Positions 10,622-21,441 of a DNA stretch of 64,000 nucleotides are shown one piece after another. Positions within the stretch are counted from its first letter, which is position 1; every line of letters begins with the position of its first letter. This stretch comes from Candidatus Eiseniibacteriota bacterium (GTDB lineage Bacteria > Eisenbacteria > RBG-16-71-46 > CAVPCR01). Both the position numbers and the translations under genes were made by a program. The DNA is taken from positions 608,001 to 672,000 of the forward strand of contig CAWGMA010000004.1 in assembly GCA_963823555.1 (NCBI GenBank), in the 5' to 3' direction. Under the pieces are notes generated by a model that did not search any database, was not told the origin of the DNA, and saw only the letters and a list, made by a program, of their open reading frames with translations.

Positions 10622-12505
10622 AGGCGGGAGCGATACTCATCGGCATCACAGGGACGATGCTCGTCTTCGCGGCAAGCGCTTTCGCGCAGGCCGACCGCGA
10701 GGATGTCATGTGGGCCCGTGTGGCGCCTTCCATCACACTCGACGGCTTCTTGAACGAGCCGGCATGGGCTCAGGCCGAGTCCGTGGTCATCCGCTTCGGC
10801 GTCGATAACGGCGTCCCCGGCAGCGGCTGGAAATACGAGGGCGGCAACATCCCGAACGATCCCACGCTGGCCACGCTCAAGCTCTTGACCGTCGCCGACT
10901 CGCTCTACCTGGGCGCCGTGGTGCGCGATGCCTCGATCGGCGGATCCAGGGACTTCAACCGTTTCGACGGCTTCCTGATGGCGCTCAAGGACCACCTGGC
11001 CCCGGATTCCCCCAAGCCGCCGGCCGAGTACTTCTATGCCTGGTGGTATGCCGAGGGCACCGATCCGCAGCCGGCGGGTCAGTCGCCGGCCTTCATCGGC
11101 CGCTGGGCCGAATGGCCGCCGGGGACCCCGCGCACGCCCGAGCAGATCGCAGAACTGGAACGCCGTGACCCGGGTGCGCGGGCTCTCGAATTCCGATGCG
11201 GTCCGGGACACGAGCTACACGGTCGAGATGAAGTTCGACTTGTCGTCCATGGGTTACGACGTGACGCGGCCCGCCGGAGACATCATCGAGTGGAACATCT
11301 CGATCTATGACTGTGACTGGTTCTGGCCGATCAATGCCCAGACCTTCGCGTCGAACCGCGTCTGGTGGCAGTCACCATGGGGCAACACGGGCTGGTACAA
11401 CGAGGTCCGGGTCTACTCGCGGCCGGATGTCACGGTGAGCTCGGGGCCGGTGCCGGAGATCGGGCCGGAGCTCGTGCTCGAGGAGGTTGCCGGCACCGTG
11501 CCCACGATCGACGGCTCTCTGACCGAGCCGATCTGGAACGACCCGGATGTCTACAGCTTCCGTATCAAGTGGGGCGATGACGCCCTCAGACAGACCTATC
11601 CGGCTGTCGGACCCTATCGCTCCGGGCAGTTCCAGCCGGAGGTGAACGGCGGGCAGGCGTTCATCGCCGATCCGGGGGATGCCACGGTCAAGGTCTTCTT
11701 CCAGAACGACACCATGTACTTCGGCTTCGATGTCAACGACCGTGTGGTCCAGTACCATCCGCTCATCGACCGCTGGGATGGATTCATCGTCACCTTGAAC
11801 GAACGGTTCACGCGCGGGCCCGACCAGAATCTCCTCGGTCAGCGCCTCTCGTTCCAGGTGGGAGAGACCGGGGACGCGATCGCGCAGGACTACCTCGGAA
11901 CCCTGGTCGCGGCGGGCAGGGCGGCGGTGGCGATCGACCTCAAGCCAGGGACCACCGTCGACACGCTGGGGACGACACCGGATGTCGGATACTGGGCCGA
12001 GATGTCCGTCGATCTGACCGCCTTGAGCTACCCCGCCGGGCTCTATGACGCCACCGCCTGGCTGGGAGTCAACCTGCTCGACGGCGACTCCTTCATTCCG
12101 ATCACCGACAGCTACGGCACGCGCACCTGGTGGTTCCGCGAGTACGAAGGCCAGTGCTGTCCGGTTTGGGTGTTCCTGAATCCGATCATCACGGGTGTGG
12201 ACGATCCGGGAGCCTCGCCACCGGCGGAGACCATGCTCGTCCGGAGCTACCCCAACCCATCACCCGATCTCAGGATCGAGTACAACCTGGCTCGCGAGAG
12301 TCAGGTGACGCTCGAGGTCTTCGATGTCCAGGGCCGGCTGGTCGAGCGCCGGGAGCTCGGGCGGCAGGCGCCGGGGCGCGGGGAGACGACCTTCAACGGA
12401 TCCGGAAAGACGAGCGGGCTCTACCTCTATCGCCTCCTGGTCCGCGATGCGGACACGGGAGGGCTCACGAGCACGCTCCACGGGAGAATGGTGGTTCTCA
12501 ACTAG
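10618..12505 (+). CDS. Secreted protein with two CBM9/DOMON-like modules and a T9SS/FlgD-like C-terminal domain (one frameshift near 11150)
   Basis: Signal peptide ASAFA; repeated P-x-(I/L)DG-x-L-x-EP-x-W motif; C-terminal YPNP...VFDVQGRLV...SGLYLYRL; joins ORFs 10618-11310 and 11036-12505. Confidence 0.72.
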
Positions 12506-12526
12506 GCGCTGGGAGGACGGCTCGGC

Positions 12527-12572
12527 GAGCCGGGTCGGATCGGGGCCGGGGGGCCCGGGTCCGGTCCGGCTC
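12527..12572 (+). other. Intergenic RNA hairpin (21-bp stem, 4-nt loop)
   Basis: GAGCCGGGTCGGATCGGGGCC-GGGG-GGCCCGGGTCCGGTCCGGCTC; 20 of 21 positions pair, including 3 G-U; no U-tract. Confidence 0.7.
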
Positions 12573-12620
12573 GTTGGGGCCGGGGAGGATGGATCCGTGG
12601 TGCATGCCAACCACCGGCGG

Positions 12621-15278
12621 ATGCGATGGCTGCGTGCCCTTCTCGCTCGAGGGGGTCCGATCGCGGCGCTGCTGGCTCTCGTCACGGCCCCGCTCCTCGC
12701 GGGCACGACCGGGAAGCTCACCGGCCGCGTCTATGACCAAGAGGACCGGCCCATCATCTCGGCCGGCGTGGCCATCGTCGGCACCACCATGGGTGCCCTC
12801 ACCAACAACGATGGCGTCTTCAACGTGATCAACATCGCGCCCGGCACCTATGAGGTCAAGGTCAGCGGCATCAACTACGAGGGGGTGCTCGAGAGCATCG
12901 TCTATCAGAACATCATCATCTCCGCGGACAACTCGACCCGCCTCGATGTCGAGCTTGCCGGGACCGCGATCCCGGTCGAGGAGATCATCGTCGAGGCCAA
13001 GGAGCTGCCGATCGACATCGACGTCACCGACAGCCGCGCGACGCTCCGCAGCGAGCAGATCGAGGCGCTGCCGGTGCAGGAGCTCGAGGACGTGGTGAAC
13101 CTGCAAGCCGGGGTCGTGGACGGGCACTTCCGCGGCGGCCGCATCGGCGAGGTGCAGTACCAGGTGGATGGAGTCAGCGTCAACAACCCCTATGACAACC
13201 GGTCGACGCTGCGGATCGATCGCTCTCTATTGCAGGAAGTGCAGGTCATCAGCGGCACGTTCGACGCCGAGTACGGCCAGGCGATGAGCGGGGTCGTCAA
13301 TGCGGTCTTGAAGGACGGAACGACGGACTGGCGCTGGAACACCGAGGTCTTCGGCGGCGGATACCTCTTCGACGAGGAGGGCCGGCTCACCACCATGCAT
13401 GCCGATGCCAACACGGTGAACCTGCAGGGTTCGGTGAGCGGACCGATCCCACTGCCGAAGACCGTGTTCCTGCTCAATCTCCGGCGCTATTCTTTCGACG
13501 ACTATGTCTACGGCGTGAGACTCTTCCGTCCGACCGACAAGAATGATCTCGAGAACAAGATCTTCTATCCCACCGGCGACCTCGAGGAGGTGCCGCTCCA
13601 GTACTCGCGCGAGTTCTCCGGGCTCGGCAAGATATCGACCACGTTCCGCGACAACATGAAGCTGAGCTACCAGGCCATCTTCAACGATATCGACGGCCGG
13701 CGCGACAACTACGCCTACGTGCTGAACCCGGACGGCCTCACCGAACAGCATACCTTCTCCATCACCCATGGGTTCGACTGGCGGCGCACGCTCGGCGTGG
13801 CCTCGGCGGTCGATGTCAGCCTGCGACAGAACTACTTCAAGTACACGGATCGGGCCTACGAGGACGTCTACGATCCGCGCTATGACGCGGCCGGCCCTCC
13901 GGTGAGCGAGGACATCTTCTTCGACGCCATCGTCCAGGGGGTCGATTCCAACCGCTTCCTGCAGCGGACGAACACCTGGCTCGCCAAGGGCAACTACGCG
14001 AGCCAGGTGCATCCCGAGCACCTGATCAAGCTGGGGGGGGAGCTGCAGATGCCGCGCATCTCCTTCGGCACCGACGGCTACCTGACCTACACCCTGGTGA
14101 ATGGCGAGTACACGCTCGTCCGCCACATCGACGAGCCGCCCGACTATCCCGGAATCAACGAGTACCGCCCCGTGATCGCCTCGGGCTTCCTCCAGGACCA
14201 GATCGAATGGCCCGATCTCACCTTGCGTGCGGGCCTGCGTCTCGATGTCTTCGATGCCCGGACCTACGTGCCGGGAGATCTCGCCAATCCCGCCAACGCC
14301 ATCCAGGGCGCGCCCGCGCCGCCGCCCGTGCCGACCACGACCAAGACCTCGGCCGCCCCGCGGCTCGGGGTGGCCTATCCGATCCACGAGCGCGCCGCCG
14401 TGCATTTCTCCTACGGGCACTTCTACCAGTACCCGCCACTGAGCGACATCTTCAACAATGCCGACTACTCGGTGCTCCGGAGCCTGCAGGCCGGAGGCAT
14501 CGACTATGGAACCCTGGGCAATCCGGATATCAGGCCGGAGAAGACGGTCCAGTACGAGATCGGTTACAAGCAGGCGGTCACCGACGACTTCGGCGTCGAC
14601 ATCACCACCTTCTACAAGGACATCCGCGACCTGCTCGGAGTCGAGTTCGTGACCACCTACAACAACGCCGAGTACGCTCGGCTCACGAACATCGATTTCG
14701 GCAGCGTGGTGGGTATCACGGTCGCCCTCGACCACCGGCGGCTCGGACCCGTCCGCATGACCTTCGATTACACGTGGCAGCAGGCGACCGGGAACTCGAG
14801 CGATCCCCGGGAGACTTCGACCCGGGCCGAGGCGGGGGAGGATCCGCGGCCGCGGCTCGTGCCCTTCAACTGGGATCAGCGACACACCCTCAACCTGACG
14901 GGTTGGTGGGGGAGGCCGCGTGATTACGCGGTGAGCGGAGTGCTCCGCATCGGGAGCGGCCAGCCGTACACGCCGGTCATCGAGAGCGGGTTTGGCGGCG
15001 GGCTCGAGACCAACTCCGGGCGCAAGCCCGCCGGCGTGGTCGTCGACCTGCGCGGGGAGAAGTACCTGCCGGGGGTCATGTCCAACTTCAGTCTCTTCGG
15101 TCGCGTCTTCAACCTGTTCGACACGCGGTACTTCAACGGCGACGTCTTCAGCTCGACCGGGAGCCCTTACTACTCACGGTTCCCGGAGGCGGACCAGAAC
15201 ACCCTCTTCAACCCGACGCGGTACTACGAGCCGCGCCGGATCGAGTTCGGCATTCGCCTCGGATCGGAGGGGATGTAG
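12621..15278 (+). CDS. TonB-dependent receptor with N-terminal carboxypeptidase-regulatory-like domain
   Basis: AGTTGKLTGRV after the signal peptide; plug HFRGGR..EVQYQVDG, ISGTFDAEYGQAMSGVVN; barrel PRLGVAYPI, PEKTVQYEIG, NLFD, PRRIEFG. Confidence 0.93.
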   Translation: MRWLRALLARGGPIAALLALVTAPLLAGTTGKLTGRVYDQEDRPIISAGVAIVGTTMGALTNNDGVFNVINIAPGTYEVKVSGINYEGVLESIVYQNIIISADNSTRLDVELAGTAIPVEEIIVEAKELPIDIDVTDSRATLRSEQIEALPVQELEDVVNLQAGVVDGHFRGGRIGEVQYQVDGVSVNNPYDNRSTLRIDRSLLQEVQVISGTFDAEYGQAMSGVVNAVLKDGTTDWRWNTEVFGGGYLFDEEGRLTTMHADANTVNLQGSVSGPIPLPKTVFLLNLRRYSFDDYVYGVRLFRPTDKNDLENKIFYPTGDLEEVPLQYSREFSGLGKISTTFRDNMKLSYQAIFNDIDGRRDNYAYVLNPDGLTEQHTFSITHGFDWRRTLGVASAVDVSLRQNYFKYTDRAYEDVYDPRYDAAGPPVSEDIFFDAIVQGVDSNRFLQRTNTWLAKGNYASQVHPEHLIKLGGELQMPRISFGTDGYLTYTLVNGEYTLVRHIDEPPDYPGINEYRPVIASGFLQDQIEWPDLTLRAGLRLDVFDARTYVPGDLANPANAIQGAPAPPPVPTTTKTSAAPRLGVAYPIHERAAVHFSYGHFYQYPPLSDIFNNADYSVLRSLQAGGIDYGTLGNPDIRPEKTVQYEIGYKQAVTDDFGVDITTFYKDIRDLLGVEFVTTYNNAEYARLTNIDFGSVVGITVALDHRRLGPVRMTFDYTWQQATGNSSDPRETSTRAEAGEDPRPRLVPFNWDQRHTLNLTGWWGRPRDYAVSGVLRIGSGQPYTPVIESGFGGGLETNSGRKPAGVVVDLRGEKYLPGVMSNFSLFGRVFNLFDTRYFNGDVFSSTGSPYYSRFPEADQNTLFNPTRYYEPRRIEFGIRLGSEGM

Positions 15279-15280
15279 TG

Positions 15281-18200
15281 ATGAACGTGGCGCAGCGTCC
15301 TGGCGATCGGGGAGACAGGCGATCCGGCGCGCGAGGGAAGGGGTGGTTCGGGATCTTGGCCGCCGCCGCCGGTGCCGTGCTCCTCGCCTATGGAGCCGCC
15401 GGGGATATTCCAACGCCGGTGCCACCGGATCAGCGGGGGCGCAGCGATGCCGAGCGCTCTGGCTTCCACGATGCCAACAACCTGCGCACCGTGTTCTGGA
15501 ACTACGGCATGGTGGGCGATTACCCGGCAGATCCAGGCAATGTCGATCTCTCGCGTCTTCCACTCGGTCGAGGTGCCCAAGGGTAGCGGCATGAACTACT
15601 CGGACGGCATCACGCCGTTCGTGCTCGCGAAGATCATGCAGCGCAACGGCATCGAGTCCTACATCATGGAGACCGGATTCCGGGAGCGGCAGGCGGAGAG
15701 CCCCTTTCCGCCGCTCCGCGTGATGCGCTTCGAGCCGCGCCCGGGATACTTCGAGCCCGATCCGGGCCTCAACCCCGGTCGCTCGCCGGCGCTCTCCAAC
15801 GATCCGCGCACCTGGCCCGACCGCTGGCCGGATCGTCTCGATGACCCTGATGATCCGGGCTGGGCCGGGAGCTGGAACGGCTACTTCGGCAAGAACGTCG
15901 TCGCCGATCAGGAGTCCTACACGGTCATGGACGACGATTTCTACGACGCGTGGGACTTCTGGCCGGACAACCGGGACTCGACCCGCCACGGGCTCGGTCT
16001 CCGGATCGAGGTCCGTGGCTTCCAGTGGGCGAACCCCCAGGCGCGCAACGTCATCTTCTGGCACTACGACATCACCAACGAGGGCACAACCGACTACAAC
16101 GACAACATCATCTTCGGGCTCTACATGGACTCGGGCGTCGGTGGATCGGCGCTGTCCTGCGACAACATCTTCGAATCGGACGACGACAACGCCTTCTTCG
16201 ATCGCAGCTTCAACGAGCAGATCCTGAACCTGGTCTACACCTGGGACAAGTTCGGCCATGGACGCGATCTCTCGGGGCCCTGCGGGCGCACCGGCTACCT
16301 CGGCTACGCCTACCTGGAGACGCCCGGCAATCCGCTCGACGGCATCGACAACGACGAGGACGGGATCACCGACGAGAGGCGCGACGCCGGCCCCGGCCAG
16401 CGCCTGGCGAGCCCGGGCGAGATCGAGGCCTACGTCGCCGCCAACTACAACCAGGCGCGCTTCGAGGTGGCCTACGGGCCGCTCGCCGATCGGCCCGCCT
16501 ATCGCTCCGGCGTGTGGTGGACCGGCGACGAGGACATGGACTGGACCCCCGAGCTGCACGACGTCGGCGCCGACGGGCTGGCGGAGACCGGGGACACCGG
16601 CGAGGGGGACGGCATGCCGACCGCCGGGGAGCCCAACTTCGACCGCACCGACCTGAACGAGTCGGATCAGATCGGCCTCACCGGCTTCAAGCATGAATCG
16701 CATCCGCGCCGGCCAGGGCAATCCCAATCCCGAGGTCGACAACATTCTCTTCTACACCGACCAGAACAACTGGCCCCAGCGGCTCTACGAGAAGTTCACG
16801 AGCCCCGACTCGGCCGCGCGCTTCGATCCCGCCCTCGCCGCGAACTACAACATCGGGTTCCTGTTCGCCTCGGGGCCGTTCACGCTTGCAGGCGGGGAAG
16901 ACCGAGCGCTTCAGCCTGGCCCTGGCCTACGGCGCCGATCTCACCGAGCTCCGGCGCACGGTGCGAGACCGTGCAGCAGATCTACAACGCCAACTACCGC
17001 TTCGCCGTGCCGCCGCAGCTCCCGACCGCGTCCGCCGAGGCCGGCGACGGCTAGGTGCGCCTGTCCTGGGACGATGTGGCCGAGCGCGGCGCCGATCCGG
17101 TGACCGGCGAGTACGACTTCGAGGGCTATCGCATCTATCGCTCGACCGATCCCGAGTTCCGCGATCCGCAGGTGATCACGACCGGCACCGGCTCGGGGCC
17201 GCTCGGCAACGGTCGGCCCGATCGCCCAGTTCGATCTCGTCGACGGCAAGAGCGGGTTCTCGGATCAGACCGTCGAGGGGGTCGCCTACTATCTCGGCGA
17301 CGAGACCGGGATCACCCACACCTGGACCGACACCACGGTCACCAACGGCCAGCTCTACTACTACGCGGTCTCCGCCTACGACTTCGGATCGGAGCTCGAG
17401 CGCTTCGACTTCTACCCGTCGGAGAACGCGATCACGCGTCTCGCGCACGCCGCGCGGCGGGCTCGTCCTGCCGCGGAACGTGGTCGAGGTGCGGCCCGAT
17501 CCGCGGGTCCTGGGATTCGTCCCGGCCGATGCCGATACCGCAGCGCATGTGGCCGGCCGCGGCCGGGGCCAGGTCGGCGATCGAGGTCGTGAACTCGGGG
17601 CTCGTCCCCGACGGTCACCTCTTCGCAGCTCACCTTCGCGACGCCCGCGCCCGACAGCATCCGTGCGACGAGCTATGCGCTTCGCGACTCGACAGCCGGG
17701 GAGACCGCTCTTCACAGAGCGGACGCGATCTCGAGGGCGCAGGGTATCGGGGCCGGTCGGCTCGGGGCTCCTGCCCATCATCGAGCACGCAGAGCACGGT
17801 CCTGGTCGATTCGGCCGCGAACCGGGTTCAGCGGCGGGCAGCCCGACCAACGCCGAGATGCGCATCTTCTACCAGAACGTGCTCTCCGATCAATCGGCGG
17901 CGGCTCGGCTTCCCCGAGACATCACCGTATCGAGTTCCACGACGCGGTGGTGGACACGTCGACTCGCCATCTTCCCGCTCCCCGCCGACGCCGGCCAAGT
18001 TCAAGGTCTTCGCCGCACGGCGGACGGCGGTGATCGCCAGCTCGACTTCCGTTTCCGCGACCGCGACGGCGACGGGACCGCTGAGCCGTGCCGACGAGTT
18101 GATCGACGTCGTGACCTATCTGCCGGGCGATCCGGGCGCCGCAGATCACCTGGCGCGCCGAGCTCGACACCACCGGCACCGGCGGGCGAGGTCCTCACGC

Positions 18201-18636
18201 CGCCGGCCGAGGGCGATGTGTTCGAGATGCAGCTCGACCTGGCCCTACGGCGCGCGAGGACGTGCTCCTGTTCACCACCAGCGGCGAGCGCGTCGATCCG
18301 GATCGGGCGCGGAGCCGAGTTCGCCACGGAGCCCTACGTGGTCCCCAATCCGTACGTGGGCTCCGCGAGCTTCGAGCCGGAGCGCTTCGCCGTCTCGGGG
18401 CGCGGCGAGCGGCGGATCGAGTTCCGGGGCCTGCCGGCGCGGTGCGACGATCCGCATCTACACCGTGCGCGGCGAGCTGGTGCAGACCCTTCGGCACGAC
18501 GGTTCGAACGACGGCTTCGTGGCCTGGGATCTGCGCACCAAGGACAACCTGGACGTGGCGCCCGGACTCTACATCTTCCACGTCGACGGCGGCGACGCTC
18601 GGCACCTACATCGGCAAGTTCGCGATCATCAAGTGA
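15281..18636 (+). CDS. Large (~1100 aa) secreted protein of unknown function with Asp-rich motifs, an FN3-like segment and a T9SS-like C-terminal domain (many frameshifts, one in-frame TAG)
   Basis: HDANNLRTVFWNYG; DGIDNDEDGITDE; AGDG*VRLSWD...FEGYRIYRS...YYYAVSAYD; C-terminal YVVPNPY...IRIYTVRGELV...WDL...APGLYIFHV...GKFAIIK. Confidence 0.75.
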
Positions 18637-18653
18637 GCGTGGGAGGTGGCGCG

Positions 18654-19692
18654 ATGAAACGAGCTCTTCTGACAGCGGCAGCTGTGAGCTGGCGATCCTG
18701 CTGCGTGCTGGCGGCCGCCCCGGCCGGCGCCCAGACCAAGACGGGAACCACGCTCGGCCAGTTCCTGGGCATCGAGCCCAGCGCGCGCACGCGCGGCCAT
18801 GGGCAACGCCGGCGGTGGCGCTCGACGATGGGATCGAGTCCGTCTACTACAACCCGGCGGCTCTCGGCAGCCTGACCGACTGGGCCTTCGCAGTTCACCC
18901 ACAGCGCCTGGTTCGCCGATATCAACTACGACTACGTCGCCGGATCGCTGCCCTGTCGCGGCTGGGGCACCCTGTTCGCGCAGCGTGACCGCGCTCAACT
19001 CGGGCGAGATCGACGTGCGCACGGTGGCGCAGCCGCTCGGCACCGGCGAGCGCTACACCGTCTCCGAACGTCGCGCTCGGACTCGGTTATGGCCGCCAGA
19101 TCACCGACCGCTTCACCGCGGGCGGTCAGATCAACTACATCAACGAGACGATCTGGCACAGCTCGGCGGACATGTTCACCTTCAACCTCGGTACGGTCTA
19201 CACGCTGGCCCGGTCGCGGTGTCCGGATCGGAGCCAGCATGTCGAACATCGGCACCAGCGCGCGCTACGACGGCCGGGACCTCGCCATCCAGTACGACAA
19301 CGACGCCGGATCGTCTACGGCGACAACAGCGCGCTTCCCGGCCGAGCAGTTCACCGACGAGTTTCCCGGTGCCGATTCTCTTCCGGGTCGGTGTGAGCCT
19401 ACCCGCACCGGGTCAACGAGCGAGAACGAGGTCATGTTCCTGGCCGATGCGCTCCATCCCAACGACAACACCGAGAGCATGAGCCTGGGTGGGAGTGGAC
19501 CTGGCGCCAGACGCCTGGCCTTCCGGGCCGGATACCAGAATCTGTTCCAGGAGGATTCGGAGATCGGGCTGACCCTCGGCGCCGGCGTGCACGGCGGCGT
19601 CGGCGATAACCGCTTTCAGTTCGACTATGCCTGGGCCGACTCACGAGACGACTGGAAGAGACGCATCGGGTGACTTTCGGTATCAATTCTAG
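18654..19692 (+). CDS. PorV/PorQ-like (UPF0164) outer-membrane beta-barrel (frameshifted)
   Basis: KTGTTLGQFLGIEPSAR...MGNA...SVYYNPAAL; DALHPNDNTE; FRAGY; FDYAW; C-terminal HRVTFGIN. Confidence 0.8.
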
Positions 19693-19721
19693 GTGTCGGG
19701 GCCTGTCGCAGCCTGAGGGGA

Positions 19722-21369
19722 ATGATGAGAAGTACACCAGCGAACAGGACGGCGTCAGGCGGGACGGCCCCTGCGGGGAGGATGGCGTGGTGGGGATCGC
19801 CGCGGCCCTGCTCGCTGGCCACCTCCAGCGCCGTGGTTGCCGAGGGGATCACGCGAGGACGCTGCTCGACACCCTCCAGCACACCGCATTCGACTTCTTC
19901 TGGAACGAGGCCAACCCGGCGAACGGCCTCATCAAGGACCGGAGCACCTCCTGGTCGCCGTGCCAGCATCGCCTCGGTCGGATTCGGTCTCTCCGCCATC
20001 TGCATCGGGATCGATCACGGCTGGGTGACGCGGGAGGACGGGCGGGACCGGGTCCTGACCACGCTCGAGACCCTCTGGAACGGCCCGCAGGGGAGCGGAG
20101 CCACCGGGTTCATCGGCTACAAGGGTCTCTACTACCACTTCCTGGACATGAACATCGGCGACCCGGACCTGGGACTGCGAGCTCTCGACCATCGACACCG
20201 CGCTCCTGTTCGCCGGGATCCTCGATGCCAAGCAGTACTTCTCGAGCCGGATCCGCTCGACGTACAGGTGCGCGCGCTCGCCGATTCGATCTACTACCGT
20301 GCCGACTGGGAGTTCATGCGCAATGGCGGCCCGGCGATCCGCATGGGCTGGAAGCCCGGAACCGGATTCTCCGGATTCGGCAACTGGATCGGCTACAACG
20401 AGGCGATGATCCTCTACATCCTCGCCCTCGGATCGCCCACGTTCCCCGGTGCCGGCGACCACCTGGAACACCTGGACCAGCGGCTACAACTGGTCGACGC
20501 AGTACGGACAGACTACGTGATCTTCCCGCCGCTCTTCGGTCACCAGTACTCGCACTGCTGGATCGACTTCCGGAACATCCAGGACGCCTACATGCGCGGG
20601 CCGGGGCATCACTTACTTCGAGAACTCGCGGCGGGCGACCCTGGCCGCAGCAGGCCTACTGCATCGCCAATCCGTTCGGCTGGACCGGCTACGGCGCGAA
20701 CGTCTGGGGGATCACCGCCTCGCGACGGCCCGCGCGGCTACCCGGCTCGCGGCGCGCCGCCGCCGCAGAACGACGACGGCACGATCACCCCGACGGCGGC
20801 CGGCGGGCTCATCGCCCTTCGCGCCGGAGATCGTGATCCCGACCCTGCAGCACTTCTACGACACCTACCGGCCGCAGCTCTGGTCGACCTACGGGTTCAA
20901 GGATGCGTTCAATCTGACCCAGGTGTACTGGTGGGCACCGACTACATCGGGATCGACGAGGGCCCCATCATCGTCATGATCGAGAACTACCGGACCGGGT
21001 CCGTGTGGAACCGCTTCATGGCAGAACCCAGACGTGCAGCGTGGGCTCGAGCTGGCCGGGTTCACTGCGGTCGCCGGCATCGAGGACCCGAGCCCCGTGC
21101 CGCCCGTGACGCTCGCCCTCGAGCAGAACAGCCCGAACCCGTTCGGAGGTATGACGACCATCCCCTACACCCTGGCCGCTCCGGGCCGCGTATCCCTTGT
21201 TCTCTACGATGTGCAGGGCCGGCCGGTGCGCACCCTGGTCGAGGGCGTGCAGCCGGCCGGGAGCCATGAGGTTCACCTGGGCGCCGACGGGCTTCCCAAT
21301 GGCGTCTACTACTACCGGCTGGAAGCGAACGGTTTTGAATCGGGAAGGAGGTGCGTGGTTATCAGGTAG
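19722..21369 (+). CDS. GH144 endo-beta-1,2-glucanase-like protein with T9SS/FlgD-like C-terminal domain (frameshifted)
   Basis: SIASVGFGL, GLYYHFLDM, ELSTIDTALL, GYNEAMILYILALGSPT, PLFGHQYSHCWIDFR, YFENSRRAT, DDGTITPTA, GIDEGPIIVMIENYR; tail QNSPNPF...GVYYYRL. Confidence 0.88.
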
Positions 21370-21441
21370 GTTCACACAACTTGCTCGAGCAGCTCTTTCC
21401 TGAGTTATCTCGCACGCAGGCCGCAAAGGAGGATAGCAGCA

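Noticed and set aside
17052..17054. In-frame TAG within the large protein (AGDG*VRLSWD) as possible recoding or pyrrolysine
   Set aside because: It lies in a region full of indels, TAG is used as a normal stop by many genes here, and no pyl genes are seen; a base-call error is more likely.
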